Source: Lysobacterales bacterium
Lineage (GTDB): Bacteria; Pseudomonadota; Gammaproteobacteria; Xanthomonadales; Marinicellaceae
Direction of reading: 5' to 3'
DNA length: 64,000 bases
Assembly: GCA_027067055.1 (NCBI GenBank)
Contig: JAMOMK010000104.1
Location: 59,572 to 123,571 of the forward strand
Shown: piece by piece, positions 1 to 11,499 of the stretch
Numbering within the stretch: the stretch's first letter is position 1
Layout: the number at the start of each line of letters is the position of its first letter
The notes under the pieces: model-generated
Databases searched by the model: none
The model's input: the letters and a program-made list of their open reading frames with translations, nothing else
Told to the model about the DNA's origin: nothing
Translations under genes and position numbers: made by a program

Positions 1-123
1 CCCTGTTATTAAAAGGTGCGTTTTACAATGCAGAAACTCATGCAACGGATACTTCTAAAGTATGGTTTATGGTAACAAGTAAATTTTAGAAAGATACTGC
101 CAAACTATAAAACAAGTTAAAAA

Positions 124-148
124 GGCATACTTTGTTATGCCTTTTTTT
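124..148 (+). terminator. Intrinsic terminator-like hairpin (GGCATA-loop-TATGCC) followed by a run of 7 T, upstream of obgE. It likely ends the preceding plus-strand gene.
   Basis: Read directly: 6-bp stem, 6-nt loop, TTTTTTT at 142-148. Confidence 0.45.
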
Positions 149-194
149 ATGCCATAACACTTTAAACTAACCATTGTTTTATTCTCAATGCTAA

Positions 195-1530
<1,336 letters not shown>

Positions 1531-1584
1531 TTACACAAAACATTTTTATTGGTGGGCAAGCCCGCCTTACGACTGGTTAGTAGC

Positions 1585-2721
1585 ATGTCTAAATATGATG
1601 TTATAACATTAAGCCAAGAATTAATTAAAAGACAATCAATCACCCCAAATGATGCAAGTTGCCAACAACTACTGGCACAACTTTTAAGTGATGCAGGTTT
1701 CCAAATTGAGCACAAACGCTTTGGCGAGGTCGACAATTTGTTTGCTTGGCACGGACAAGACAGCGAGAACTCCAAGAGCTTCTTATTTGCAGGGCACACC
1801 GATGTTGTACCAACAGGCGATAAATTTGCATGGAAACACCCACCCTTTTCTGCTATTGTTGATGACGATTATCTCTATGGGCGAGGTTCTGCGGATATGA
1901 AGTCTGCTGTTGCTGCTTTTACTCTTGCAATGATTGATTTTGTTAAAAAAAACCCAAGACACCAAGGCAAGATTGCTTTACTAGTGACTAGTGATGAGGA
2001 AGGTCCTGCTACAGAAGGCATTAAAAAGATGATGCCTTATATTGCTAAAAAGCATAAATTTGACTTTTGTTTAGTTGGTGAGCCTTCAAGTTCAGAAAAA
2101 CTAGGTGATGTGGTTCGAATTGGTAGACGTGGCTCTTTACATGTTGAGATTACTATTCATGGCAAACAAGGACATGTAGCTTATCCGCAAAATGCTAAAA
2201 ACCCAGTATTCCTAGCTGCACCATTTATTCAGGAACTATCGCAATTTAGCTGGGATGATGGCAATGATGACTTTCCACCCACCAGTTTTCAAATTTCATC
2301 AGTTACAACCTCTAGCAACACATCTAATATTATACCTGCTGATATGGTTATTAATGCTAACTATCGCTACTCGCCAGAATCATCAAAGCAATCACTTGAG
2401 CAACAAATAAAGCATTTGCTTAATAAACACTCTCTTGATTACTCACTTGCATGGAACTTATCTGGGCTTCCATTTTATAGCCAGTCTACTTATTTACATC
2501 AAGCTATTTCTAAAAGCATTGATGAAATATGTCACATAAAACCGCAATTCAATACAGCTGGCGGTACTTCAGATGGTCGATTTATTGCACAGTATGGTGT
2601 TGATGTGGTGGAACTGGGCGTCATTAACAAAACCATTCATCAAATTAATGAGTGTGTTTTAACCAAAGACATAATTAATCTTGAGAAAGTGTACCAAAAG
2701 ATTATAGTCCGTGTTTTATAA
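1585..2721 (+). CDS. dapE: Succinyl-diaminopimelate desuccinylase (M20 peptidase)
   Basis: M20 metal-binding motifs AGHTDVVP and GRGSADMK, and the 'dimerisation' lid region. Start placed at ATG 1585 (MSKYDVITLSQEL..); the track start at 1549 lies in an intergenic palindromic repeat. Confidence 0.85.
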   Translation: MSKYDVITLSQELIKRQSITPNDASCQQLLAQLLSDAGFQIEHKRFGEVDNLFAWHGQDSENSKSFLFAGHTDVVPTGDKFAWKHPPFSAIVDDDYLYGRGSADMKSAVAAFTLAMIDFVKKNPRHQGKIALLVTSDEEGPATEGIKKMMPYIAKKHKFDFCLVGEPSSSEKLGDVVRIGRRGSLHVEITIHGKQGHVAYPQNAKNPVFLAAPFIQELSQFSWDDGNDDFPPTSFQISSVTTSSNTSNIIPADMVINANYRYSPESSKQSLEQQIKHLLNKHSLDYSLAWNLSGLPFYSQSTYLHQAISKSIDEICHIKPQFNTAGGTSDGRFIAQYGVDVVELGVINKTIHQINECVLTKDIINLEKVYQKIIVRVL

Positions 2722-2742
2722 ATAGTAGTATCTATATCTTAA

Positions 2743-3462
2743 TCATTCAATCCAAGGTTTTCTTTGTTTGTATAAGTTGAGACGCTCATAGTAGCTTGGT
2801 TTGGCATCTTCATCAACTTTTTTCATTTCATCAATTAACCACTGTTGTAGTGTGATGGCAGCTCCAAAGTCTGAAACCGATGCTAAAACTGCAGCTTTAG
2901 TGTCCCAAATATGCCACGGTATTAAATCGTCATCGTTAAAAATAGCCATTAAATTTGATATGACTTTCAAGGCTTTTTCTGGATTCCTACATCTTTCACT
3001 CTTAGATGTAGCTAAAAACCAAGCATGGTTATTATAAGCGACTTCCACCTCTTTTTGCTCTGCTTTTTCAAACCAATCATAAGCAACATGGCAATCTTTC
3101 TTAAGCCCCGCTCTCCCAAAATAATGATACAATGCAATTTGATCTAAAACCGAACCCATACCTAAGTTTGCAGCTTTCATGTACCAACTCAAAGCTTCTT
3201 CGAACTTTGATTCGTTTTCAAATTCAATAGCCAACTTTTCCATCGCATGAGCATAACCCATCTGAGCTGCTTTTTTTAGCCACTTAAGCCCCTTATCATA
3301 GTTGGATGCAAATTTTTCTGAACCTTCAAAAAAAGTCGAGGCAATAAAATAGGCAACCTCTGCATTTCCACTGTCGACCTGATCAACTAAAGTTTGAGGA
3401 ATAGTAAACTCATCTTTAGCATAGACACTAAAAGACAAGAGTAGAATAAGGAGTTTATTCAC
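2743..3462 (-). CDS. Sel1/TPR-like repeat protein, probably secreted
   Basis: Repeated ..A..WY.KAA.QG...A...L pattern (GYAHAMEKLA, WYMKAANLGMG, WFEKAEQKEVEVA). A hydrophobic N-terminus is present if the GTG start at 3462 is used (VNKLLILLLSFSVYA). The longer track ORF to 3594 would overlap the upstream gene. Confidence 0.55.
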   Translation of the reverse strand: MNKLLILLLSFSVYAKDEFTIPQTLVDQVDSGNAEVAYFIASTFFEGSEKFASNYDKGLKWLKKAAQMGYAHAMEKLAIEFENESKFEEALSWYMKAANLGMGSVLDQIALYHYFGRAGLKKDCHVAYDWFEKAEQKEVEVAYNNHAWFLATSKSERCRNPEKALKVISNLMAIFNDDDLIPWHIWDTKAAVLASVSDFGAAITLQQWLIDEMKKVDEDAKPSYYERLNLYKQRKPWIE

Positions 3463-5980
3463 TGCGCAATTCCTTTTCAAAATAATGACCTCTTTGTTTA
3501 TAGTTATCAAACTCATCAAAGCTTGGAGCGCCAGGAGACAATAACAGTGTATGATTTTTTGGCGTATTTTCAACAGCAAATTCAATTGCATCAACTAATT
3601 TTTCAAAATAGTTATAGGCTATAGATGAATTAATCCCATTTAAATAATCATAAATGATTTTTCCACTCTGCCCTGTTAACAACAATAAAGCTGGAGGGGA
3701 ATTATCTAACGCCTGAGTAAACTCACTCCACTCATTGCCTCGATCAAAACCACCAACGAACAAAGTCGTTGTTGAGCAATTCTGTGTTTTTAATGCCGCC
3801 AAGGTAGCAATTGGCGTTGTTGCAATACTGTCATTGATAGCGAAGTGACAACCTATTTTACCTAAATTTTGCAAACGGTGTTCTAGTGGCTCAAATGCCT
3901 TGATTGCCTTTAAACACGTTGTAACATCAAGTTTTAGCTCATTACAAATGGTGAGAACAGCACCTATATTTTCCAAATTGTGTTGGCCAATTAGCTGTAT
4001 ATCATCTATTTGTAATACTTCGACATTATTTAAATAGAGTGATTTTGCTACAACATGAAAAGCATTTTTAACATTAAATAACACACAATCCATCTTGCTG
4101 GTTCTTTTAACTAATTCTTCATTTTTTGCATTGATTATTTTTGTCGTTGCTTTATTTAGTAGTTTAAGCTTATCTGTAAAATAATTATCGGCACCCTCAT
4201 GCCAATCCACATGCTCAGGGTATAAATTATTAATTAAGGCAATATCTGCTTGAATTTCTCCATCATATATCTGAAAGCTTGAAGCTTCTAAAACGATATA
4301 ATTACAATCACTTGATGCCGAAATCAAAGGTGTGCCAATGTTGCCAACTAAGTTGACTTTACAACCCAAAGACTCCAAAACATGATTCAATAAACTAACG
4401 ATGGTACTTTTACCCTTAGTTCCAGTAATGGCAATAACTTTGGTGTTTTTTTCATTGGCAAACCACAATGCGGTAGCTGAAGTAAATTGTGCCTGTGAAC
4501 TTTTTACTAACTCTGAATAGGGGCTAATTCCAGGTGATTTAACGACAATACCATACAAATCAAGTAATGCAACATCAACTTTCTTAGTTTCACAGTTGTA
4601 CCTTTCATCTTTTTCTTTTTCCGAACACAAAACTGTAAAATCAATCCCATGTTTGTACAAATAATCTGCAACTGCCCTACCCTCAACTCCAAAGCCCCAA
4701 ACGGCTATTTTTTTATTGCGTATATTTACCAACTTTACACTTGTTTTTTGCTTAAAAAATTGCACCAACTTATCTGTTTGCCAATTACTCTTATGTTTAA
4801 TCAAATCAAATGCCAGTCTGCTTTCCTGTATTTCACCCACGCATTCAAATGGTTTAAACCCTTCATAACCTAACAACTCTGCAAATCCTTGCTTTTGACT
4901 GTCATCATCTAATAGGTTGTGACCAAAGATTTTTAATAACTCAGGTTTTTCGACATAGGGAGCCAAGCCTAGAAAAACAAATCGACACTTGGGACAATCA
5001 CAGCACCACAACGAATTGTTATTATACGAACCATCAATATGAAAGTTACGATTACAACTTGAAAACACAGGGAAATACTGAGAATACTTGGCAAATTTTT
5101 CTAAAATATCTAATTCAGAAAATTGCCTTTGTTGTGAATAATAATGCACATCTTGAGTGATCTCATTATAAACTACAGCAGAAAAGTCCTTTTCAAACTC
5201 AAAACTTTTAGAATATTGGTGGTTAACCTTATCACCATCAGCATTTATGGTGTTTTCTGAATCTGCCGATTTTTCATTGGAAAAAACCACCTCTTGGCAA
5301 TCAAACAATAAAGCAGTCAAAACAGCAATAGATGAAATGATTGATGTAATCGGTACATGCCCATTAATTGCGCCAGCTTTATTATAAGCAATTAGTTTAT
5401 CGTCTATTTTGCGTTTAATTTGGATTAAGGGTAAATCAATAAATTTTGCCACATCTTTAATCAATGATGAGTTTCCAACCATAAACAAAGAGATGCTTTT
5501 ATTCTGTTGTTTTAGCTCTTCAACAGTAACTAAAGAATCTTTGCCACCACCTAGAGCAACAAGCGAGTGTTTTAAAGGGGTCAGTACCCTTTTATGTTCG
5601 ACTTTGTCTAGTAAAAGGGTGCTGACCCCTTTAAAACATTCTCGCAAGGAAATTTTATTCTCAAACGCTAATTCAGCCAGCCCATGAAACCACGTTTTCT
5701 TAATAAAATTTAGCATGAGTTCTGAGGGGTGCTTGAATTGAAAATTTATTTCTTTTGCTAAGCCTGACTTATAGTAGCTTACGCCACACATCCAGTGAAC
5801 CAAATTACAAGCAGCGTCAATTTTGTCTTTATTTATACGACTAGTTGAAAATGGAGGAAAAGACAGAATTTCCGTCACTTTTCCAATAGTTTCAATCTCA
5901 TAATTCAACAATAGCTTATGGTTTGATGTGTCCAAATGCCAATCAAGGAATGTAAAAGTTTGGTGAAATAATGCTGTCAT
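3455..5980 (-). CDS. Two-domain protein: N-terminal PP-loop-like (GGGKDS) ATP-pyrophosphatase-type domain fused to a C-terminal MurD-like Mur ligase
   Basis: C-terminal about 420 aa: KIAVWGFGVEGRAVA (Rossmann), ITGTKGKST (P-loop), LIGQHNLENIGAV and LLSPGAPSFDEFDNYKQRG are MurD hallmarks. N-terminal about 400 aa: LVALGGGKDSLV resembles the SGGxDS PP-loop, with CxxC pairs (CCDCPKC). Confidence 0.7.
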   Translation of the reverse strand: MTALFHQTFTFLDWHLDTSNHKLLLNYEIETIGKVTEILSFPPFSTSRINKDKIDAACNLVHWMCGVSYYKSGLAKEINFQFKHPSELMLNFIKKTWFHGLAELAFENKISLRECFKGVSTLLLDKVEHKRVLTPLKHSLVALGGGKDSLVTVEELKQQNKSISLFMVGNSSLIKDVAKFIDLPLIQIKRKIDDKLIAYNKAGAINGHVPITSIISSIAVLTALLFDCQEVVFSNEKSADSENTINADGDKVNHQYSKSFEFEKDFSAVVYNEITQDVHYYSQQRQFSELDILEKFAKYSQYFPVFSSCNRNFHIDGSYNNNSLWCCDCPKCRFVFLGLAPYVEKPELLKIFGHNLLDDDSQKQGFAELLGYEGFKPFECVGEIQESRLAFDLIKHKSNWQTDKLVQFFKQKTSVKLVNIRNKKIAVWGFGVEGRAVADYLYKHGIDFTVLCSEKEKDERYNCETKKVDVALLDLYGIVVKSPGISPYSELVKSSQAQFTSATALWFANEKNTKVIAITGTKGKSTIVSLLNHVLESLGCKVNLVGNIGTPLISASSDCNYIVLEASSFQIYDGEIQADIALINNLYPEHVDWHEGADNYFTDKLKLLNKATTKIINAKNEELVKRTSKMDCVLFNVKNAFHVVAKSLYLNNVEVLQIDDIQLIGQHNLENIGAVLTICNELKLDVTTCLKAIKAFEPLEHRLQNLGKIGCHFAINDSIATTPIATLAALKTQNCSTTTLFVGGFDRGNEWSEFTQALDNSPPALLLLTGQSGKIIYDYLNGINSSIAYNYFEKLVDAIEFAVENTPKNHTLLLSPGAPSFDEFDNYKQRGHYFEKELRSE

Positions 5981-6119
5981 TGAAAATAAACATGATAAAG
6001 TTGGTGAGGAGATTTTAGCCTATCTGTATTTGATAAACAATTAACAAATTAAAAAACCCCCAGCTAAAGCCAGGGGCTGCCAGTATTTCAACTGGCAAGA
6101 GAGAGAAGTCTAAAACTTT

Positions 6120-6683
6120 TTAAAATTCAGCTACTTGAACATTAACCTGAATTCTAACCCTGTCACCAGGATGATTCTGCATTCTAGTATGGTAAGTTCT
6201 ACCAATGTATTCATAGGCTACATCGTATCCAGTGATGCGTTGTTCTTCATAATAATCACGCTGTGTATAACATTGTCTACGGCTATTACGATTATTGTGT
6301 CTAGAATTTGAATACCTAGAGTTGTAACGTCTATTATTTCTATCTGTACCAGATCCGATAGCAGCTCCAGCAATAATCCCTACAGCTGTTGCAGCATCTC
6401 GACCGCGACCATCACCAAATCGGTTACCTAACAAACCACCGATTATTCCACCGAGTACAGCTCCACCTCCGCTACTAGTTCGGCGCTCTCCATAAGATCT
6501 TCCACGAGGACCTCTGTTTCTGTCTTCACAGACTCTTCTGTTTTGTGGTACACGAATTGTTTCATAAATTGGTTGCACATCAACTACAGGAGCATAAGTG
6601 TATTCATCATAACGACCCGCACTTGCGAAAGTTGCAGCCATCATCAAAGTCATTCCTGCTAATATATTTCTAATGTTTTTCAT
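6120..6683 (-). CDS. Glycine-zipper 2TM / 17-kDa-antigen-like outer-membrane lipoprotein, Arg/Asn-rich
   Basis: Signal peptide MKNIRNILAGMTLMMAATFASA. GAVLGGIIGGLLG and GIIAGAAIGSG glycine zippers. Low-complexity RNNRN tail. Confidence 0.6.
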   Translation of the reverse strand: MKNIRNILAGMTLMMAATFASAGRYDEYTYAPVVDVQPIYETIRVPQNRRVCEDRNRGPRGRSYGERRTSSGGGAVLGGIIGGLLGNRFGDGRGRDAATAVGIIAGAAIGSGTDRNNRRYNSRYSNSRHNNRNSRRQCYTQRDYYEEQRITGYDVAYEYIGRTYHTRMQNHPGDRVRIQVNVQVAEF

Positions 6684-6900
6684 GTTATCACCATTTGGTT
6701 TTTAAAATCTTGCGCCCACTTTATCGCAATAACAATGAATGAAAGCTGAATAATAGAAAGCAAAAATTACAATACCTAGATGAAATCAATCTATATGAGC
6801 GTTGTAGCCTATATGTTTATGGTAAGATTTTGTAGGTTTAATAAGTAACAAAAGACGTAAGGAGAGGAATTTCGACTCGTAAGTGTCAATATTTAGTGCA

Positions 6901-6935
6901 TAAAAAAGCCAGTAGCGCCTGTTCTCGCTACTGGC
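6901..6935 (-). terminator. Strong intrinsic terminator on the minus strand (10-bp stem GCCAGTAGCG/CGCTACTGGC followed by UUUUUUA)
   Basis: Read directly: on plus, taaaaaa then gccagtagcg-cctgttct-cgctactggc. A second 7-bp hairpin at 6940-6959 lies immediately 5' on the minus strand. Confidence 0.55.
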
Positions 6936-7023
6936 TTAAGCACAACCGTGGAGTTGTGCAATCCCACTAAAATTGCTACAGTCGGAGATTTGACCAAACT
7001 CGCATCGTAGCATTTACCCACGA
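6901..7023 (-). ncRNA. Candidate small RNA or 5' leader: TATAAT -10 box at 7035-7030 (minus) and two 3' hairpins ending in the terminator at 6901
   Basis: Inference from promoter-like TATAAT with AGTTTA 16 nt upstream, no ORF, and a tandem hairpin + U-run. It could instead be an attenuating leader of the glycine-zipper gene, whose start is 218 nt further downstream. Confidence 0.2.
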
Positions 7024-7402
7024 GCTTCCATTATAGGAAAAAACAATTGTTTAAACTGTGTAAGATTACACAATAGAATAAGTAAAATCATGAATATTCA
7101 ATTCACTAGATGAGTAGTTAGTTTTAGAAACAAAAAAAGGCCCCAATACTAGCATCGTCACTATTGCTATTCGCACAGGTATCAACAGACGTTAGATATA
7201 GATTCTGAAGCTGATACAGTTAACTACTCTCAAATGACTGCAACTCAAATTAATCGCACTGTAGAAATAATAATTTTGTTATGGCTTTATCTTTTTGAAG
7301 CACTTCAAGTCATCTAAACATATGCCGCCTTCGTGTTACATTAGTAACAATATATTTAAGAAAACCTTTTCCTTAAGGCAAAGGCCTCTTAAATGGAATA
7401 AG

Positions 7403-7455
7403 AGAGATACGGTCATCATATTTCCCGTACTAGACCTGTATCTCTTTTATTTTTT
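7403..7455 (+). terminator. Hairpin (AGAGATACGGTC...GACCtGTATCTCT) followed by TTTATTTTTT. Plus-strand oriented, and possibly also serving sucD on the minus strand.
   Basis: Read directly. The T-run is on the plus side only. Confidence 0.4.
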
Positions 7456-7467
7456 AGCTTTACAACA

Positions 7468-8340
7468 TTAAGAAACTAATTTCTTGATTGCTTCACCAAG
7501 CAAAGTTGGCGACCTTACTGTTGTAACACCCGCTGCCTCTAATGCTTCGTACTTTGCTTGTGCTGTGCCTTTGCCACCTGCGACAATTGCACCAGCATGT
7601 CCCATGCGCTTGCCTTCAGGAGCGGTAACACCTGCTATATAAGAAACAACTGGCTTGGTTACATGTTGTTTTATGTATTCTGCCGCATCTTCTTCTGCCG
7701 AACCACCAATTTCACCCACCATAATAATGCCGTGGGTTTCTGGATCTGCTTGAAACAATTTTAAACAATCAACAAAGTTCATACCTTGAATAGGGTCACC
7801 ACCGATACCAATACAAGTTGTTTGACCTAGTCCGACTTTGGTTGTTTGATGAACCGCTTCATAAGTTAATGTTCCAGAACGTGAAACAATGCCGATGTTA
7901 CCCACACGGTGAATTGCCCCTGGCATAATGCCAATTTTACATTCGCCAGGAGTGATAACACCTGGGCAGTTTGGTCCGATTAAATTAATCTCAGGTTTGG
8001 TATCTAAAACCGACTTAACTTTCATCATGTCTAATACAGGAATACCTTCGGTGATACAAATAATCACTTTAATACCGGCATCAACAGCTTCCATAATTGC
8101 ATCAGCTGCAAATGGAGGTGGCACTAAAATCATACTTGCATTGGCACCTGTTTCTTTAACAGCATCAACTACTGTATTGAAAACTGGACGATCCAAATGC
8201 GTTGTTCCGCCTTTTCCGGGAGTAACACCACCTACAATCTGTGTGCCATAATCAATAGCTTGCTCTGAATGAAATGTGCCTTGAGATCCAGTAAAACCTT
8301 GAACTACAACCTTTGTGTCTTTATTAATTAATACGCTCAT
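7468..8340 (-). CDS. sucD: Succinyl-CoA ligase (ADP-forming) alpha subunit
   Basis: Full-length match to the SucD pattern ([24 protein letters not shown]..., catalytic His loop GHAGAI). Confidence 0.95.
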   Translation of the reverse strand: MSVLINKDTKVVVQGFTGSQGTFHSEQAIDYGTQIVGGVTPGKGGTTHLDRPVFNTVVDAVKETGANASMILVPPPFAADAIMEAVDAGIKVIICITEGIPVLDMMKVKSVLDTKPEINLIGPNCPGVITPGECKIGIMPGAIHRVGNIGIVSRSGTLTYEAVHQTTKVGLGQTTCIGIGGDPIQGMNFVDCLKLFQADPETHGIIMVGEIGGSAEEDAAEYIKQHVTKPVVSYIAGVTAPEGKRMGHAGAIVAGGKGTAQAKYEALEAAGVTTVRSPTLLGEAIKKLVS

Positions 8341-8349
8341 TGTTTTCTC

Positions 8350-9510
8350 CTATGCTACAGCTGCGACAGCTTTATTGGCAGCATCATCTAAATCTTCAGC
8401 TGCAATAACAGCTAAACCACTTTGTTGGATTAATTCCTTACCTTTTTCTACATTTGTTCCTTCTAAACGTACAATGATTGGCTGCTTAACACCCACTTCT
8501 TTAATCGCATCGATAATGCCTTGTGCAATTAAATCGCAACGCACGATACCACCAAAAATATTAACCAGAATTGATTTAACATTTGGGTCTTTTAAAATAA
8601 TTTTAAAAGCAATGGCAACACGTTCTGCTGTTGCTCCACCACCCACATCTAAGAAGTTAGCTGGATCGCCACCTTTAAGTTTAATCACATCCATTGTTGC
8701 CATAGCAAGACCAGCTCCGTTGACCATACAAGCAATATTGCCATCTAATTTGATATAATTTAATTCGTGCTCGTGAGCTTCTGCCTCTGCTGGGTCTTCT
8801 TGGGTTACATCACGCATAGCGGCTAATTTTTTATGCCTGAATAATGCATTGTCATCAATAGCAACCTTGGCATCCAATGCCACAACATCATCATTGCCAT
8901 CAATAATTAATGGATTAACCTCTACAAGTGACAAATCATTTTCATGGAACATTTTGTGCAATGCCATCATAATACCTGTTAGTTGGCGTGTTTGTTTGGA
9001 GCTTAAACCCATATTGAAGCCAACTTTGCGGCACTCATAAGGAAACAAACCTTCAACATTTTCAACAACAATAGTATGAATAAGCTCTGGAGTTGTGCGT
9101 GCCACCTCTTCAATGTCAACACCGCCCTCGGCTGACACTACAAAAGAGAGGCTTTTATTGGCTCTATCAACCAATAAACTCATGTAAAGTTCCTTTTTAA
9201 TATCTGCCGCTTCGGTAATTAAGACTTCATTAACAGGCAAAGCCATACCACCTGTTTGGTAAGTCGTAATTGTCATGCCAAGCATATTGTTTGCGTTTTC
9301 TTTAACATCGGCTAATGTTTTGCAAAACTTAACGCCACCTGCTTTACCGCGACCACCTGCATGAACTTGAGCTTTTACTATCCACGCTTCACAATTTAAT
9401 TTTTCAGCAGCGACCACTGCCTCTTCTACTGTTCTTGCAACGATTCCGCGAGGAACTGGAATGCCATAGGCTTCAAATATCTCTTTGGATTGATATTCAT
9501 GAAAATTCAT
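8350..9510 (-). CDS. sucC: Succinyl-CoA ligase beta subunit
   Basis: [17 protein letters not shown].. ATP-grasp N-terminus. Immediately upstream of sucD. Confidence 0.95.
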   Translation of the reverse strand: MNFHEYQSKEIFEAYGIPVPRGIVARTVEEAVVAAEKLNCEAWIVKAQVHAGGRGKAGGVKFCKTLADVKENANNMLGMTITTYQTGGMALPVNEVLITEAADIKKELYMSLLVDRANKSLSFVVSAEGGVDIEEVARTTPELIHTIVVENVEGLFPYECRKVGFNMGLSSKQTRQLTGIMMALHKMFHENDLSLVEVNPLIIDGNDDVVALDAKVAIDDNALFRHKKLAAMRDVTQEDPAEAEAHEHELNYIKLDGNIACMVNGAGLAMATMDVIKLKGGDPANFLDVGGGATAERVAIAFKIILKDPNVKSILVNIFGGIVRCDLIAQGIIDAIKEVGVKQPIIVRLEGTNVEKGKELIQQSGLAVIAAEDLDDAANKAVAAVA

Positions 9511-9777
9511 TAGATACCCCTAATTTTTCTTGATTGAATGAAGCTTGTCATTATACTCTATTTTTTATGGATTTATTACAAGATAATAGTTAATAAATAA
9601 GATTACTCAAGTGTAATTATTTTTTAGATTTTAACAGCCATCACAAAAAGTAAAACCTTCGTCACAAAAAAGGAATGATAAATTGATAAGATAGTTGTTC
9701 ATTAATTTAAGAAAATCGTGTAAAGTACAGATATATATAAGAAATTTATTTAAATATTCACCCAAACTTTAAAAAAA

Positions 9778-11493
9778 ATGACTCAAACACCACCAAAAAT
9801 TATGTTAAATGGAACCCTGAAGAAGCTTATTGCTTCTTCAGTACTAACAGAAGAAGCGGCAATAGATGCAGTTCAAACATCTAAAAAACGGCGTATTCCT
9901 TTATTTACCTATTTGGTTGAAAACAACATCGCCCCTGCAAGTGAATTGGCTTATATTTCATCCCAAGAATACGGTGTTCCTTTATTCGATATTTCTGTAA
10001 TGGATCTAAAAACACTGCCATTAAAACTTATCGAAGAAAAACTTATTCATAAGCATAATGTTTTACCTTTGTATCAAAGAGGAACAAAATTATTTATTGC
10101 TATTGCAGACCCTGTTAATGTGACAGCCATTGAAGAGGTAAAATTTCACACCAATATGGCTGTTGAACCCATCGTTGTTCCACACGATACTTTAGTTTCC
10201 ATAATTGATGAAGCTTTAAGAGAAGCTGATTCAATGATGGACGAGGATGAAGATGACGAAGGGTTGGAGGACCTAGACTTTGAAGACACTACAGATGTTC
10301 AAGAAGACACAGCCGACAACTCAAGTGATGCAGATGACACCCCGATTGTTAAATTTGTCAACAAGGTCTTATTAGATGCTATAAAACGCGGAGCATCTGA
10401 TATTCATTTTGAACCTTATGAAAAAAACTATAGAGTCCGATACAGAATTGATGGCATGCTCAAAACAATGGCTCGCCCACCTCAAAGCATGACCATGAAA
10501 ATCTCTTCACGCATCAAGGTGATGTCCCGACTAGATATTGCTGAGAGGCGCATTCCTCAAGATGGACGAATAAAATTAAACTTATCAAAAAAGAAGTCTA
10601 TTGACTTTCGTGTCAGTACTTGTCCAACACTGTTTGGTGAAAAGATTGTTATGCGTATTTTGGATGCCTCTGCGGCAAGAATGGGTATTGATATGTTGGG
10701 CTATGAGCCTGATCAAAAAGAGTTGTTTATTAATGCCATTCACAAACCTTACGGAATGGTACTTGTAACAGGTCCTACAGGAAGTGGTAAAACTGTATCA
10801 CTTTATACGGCTTTAAATATACTTAATGTCGATGGCACTAATATTTCAACGGTTGAAGATCCTGTAGAAATACGTGTTAACGGTATCAACCAAGTACAGC
10901 AAAATGAACGTCAAGGCATGACCTTTGCTGCCGCACTTCGTTCTTTCTTACGTCAAGATCCAGACATCATCATGGTTGGTGAAATTCGTGATTTAGAAAC
11001 AGCAGAAATTGCTATCAAAGCAGCACAAACAGGGCATATGGTTTTATCAACATTGCACACCAATAGCGCACCAGAGACAATCAGTAGACTAATGAATATG
11101 GGCATAGCTCCTTTCAATATTGTTTCAGCAGTGTCAATCGTTATTGCCCAAAGACTAGGACGGCGTTTGCACGATTGCAAACAAGTTGGAGAATATCCAG
11201 CAGAGGCCTTATTAAAAGAAGGCTTTACTGAAGATGATATCAAAGACATTCAGATTTACGATGCCATTGGTTGCCGCAAATGTTCTTCAGGCTTTAAAGG
11301 TCGCGTTGGCATCTACCAAGTCATGCCAATGTCTGACAACATAAGGCGCATTGTACTTGCTGGCGGCAATGCACTAGAGATAGCTGACCAAGCATTAAAA
11401 GATAAAATACCTGATTTAAGACAATCAGCATTATTAAAAGTAAAAAATGGCATTACCAGCTTAGCTGAAGCCAACAGAATAACGGTGGATTAA
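9778..11493 (+). CDS. pilB: Type IV pilus assembly ATPase PilB (GspE family), with a long acidic linker
   Basis: GspE N-terminal domain, Walker A GPTGSGKT, tetracysteine CRKC..., and an Asp/Glu-rich segment DEDEDDEGLEDLDFEDTTD. Confidence 0.9.
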   Translation: MTQTPPKIMLNGTLKKLIASSVLTEEAAIDAVQTSKKRRIPLFTYLVENNIAPASELAYISSQEYGVPLFDISVMDLKTLPLKLIEEKLIHKHNVLPLYQRGTKLFIAIADPVNVTAIEEVKFHTNMAVEPIVVPHDTLVSIIDEALREADSMMDEDEDDEGLEDLDFEDTTDVQEDTADNSSDADDTPIVKFVNKVLLDAIKRGASDIHFEPYEKNYRVRYRIDGMLKTMARPPQSMTMKISSRIKVMSRLDIAERRIPQDGRIKLNLSKKKSIDFRVSTCPTLFGEKIVMRILDASAARMGIDMLGYEPDQKELFINAIHKPYGMVLVTGPTGSGKTVSLYTALNILNVDGTNISTVEDPVEIRVNGINQVQQNERQGMTFAAALRSFLRQDPDIIMVGEIRDLETAEIAIKAAQTGHMVLSTLHTNSAPETISRLMNMGIAPFNIVSAVSIVIAQRLGRRLHDCKQVGEYPAEALLKEGFTEDDIKDIQIYDAIGCRKCSSGFKGRVGIYQVMPMSDNIRRIVLAGGNALEIADQALKDKIPDLRQSALLKVKNGITSLAEANRITVD

Positions 11494-11499
11494 AAAAAT

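Noticed and set aside
1-93. Partial ORF at the window start ending at TAG 91-93 (..LLLKGAFYNAETHATDTSKVWFMVTSKF*)
   Set aside because: It is too short and does not resemble rpmA/rplU, which often precede obgE. It cannot be identified.
8315-8758. 147-aa ORF spanning the sucD/sucC junction on the plus strand
   Set aside because: It is antisense to two conserved genes.
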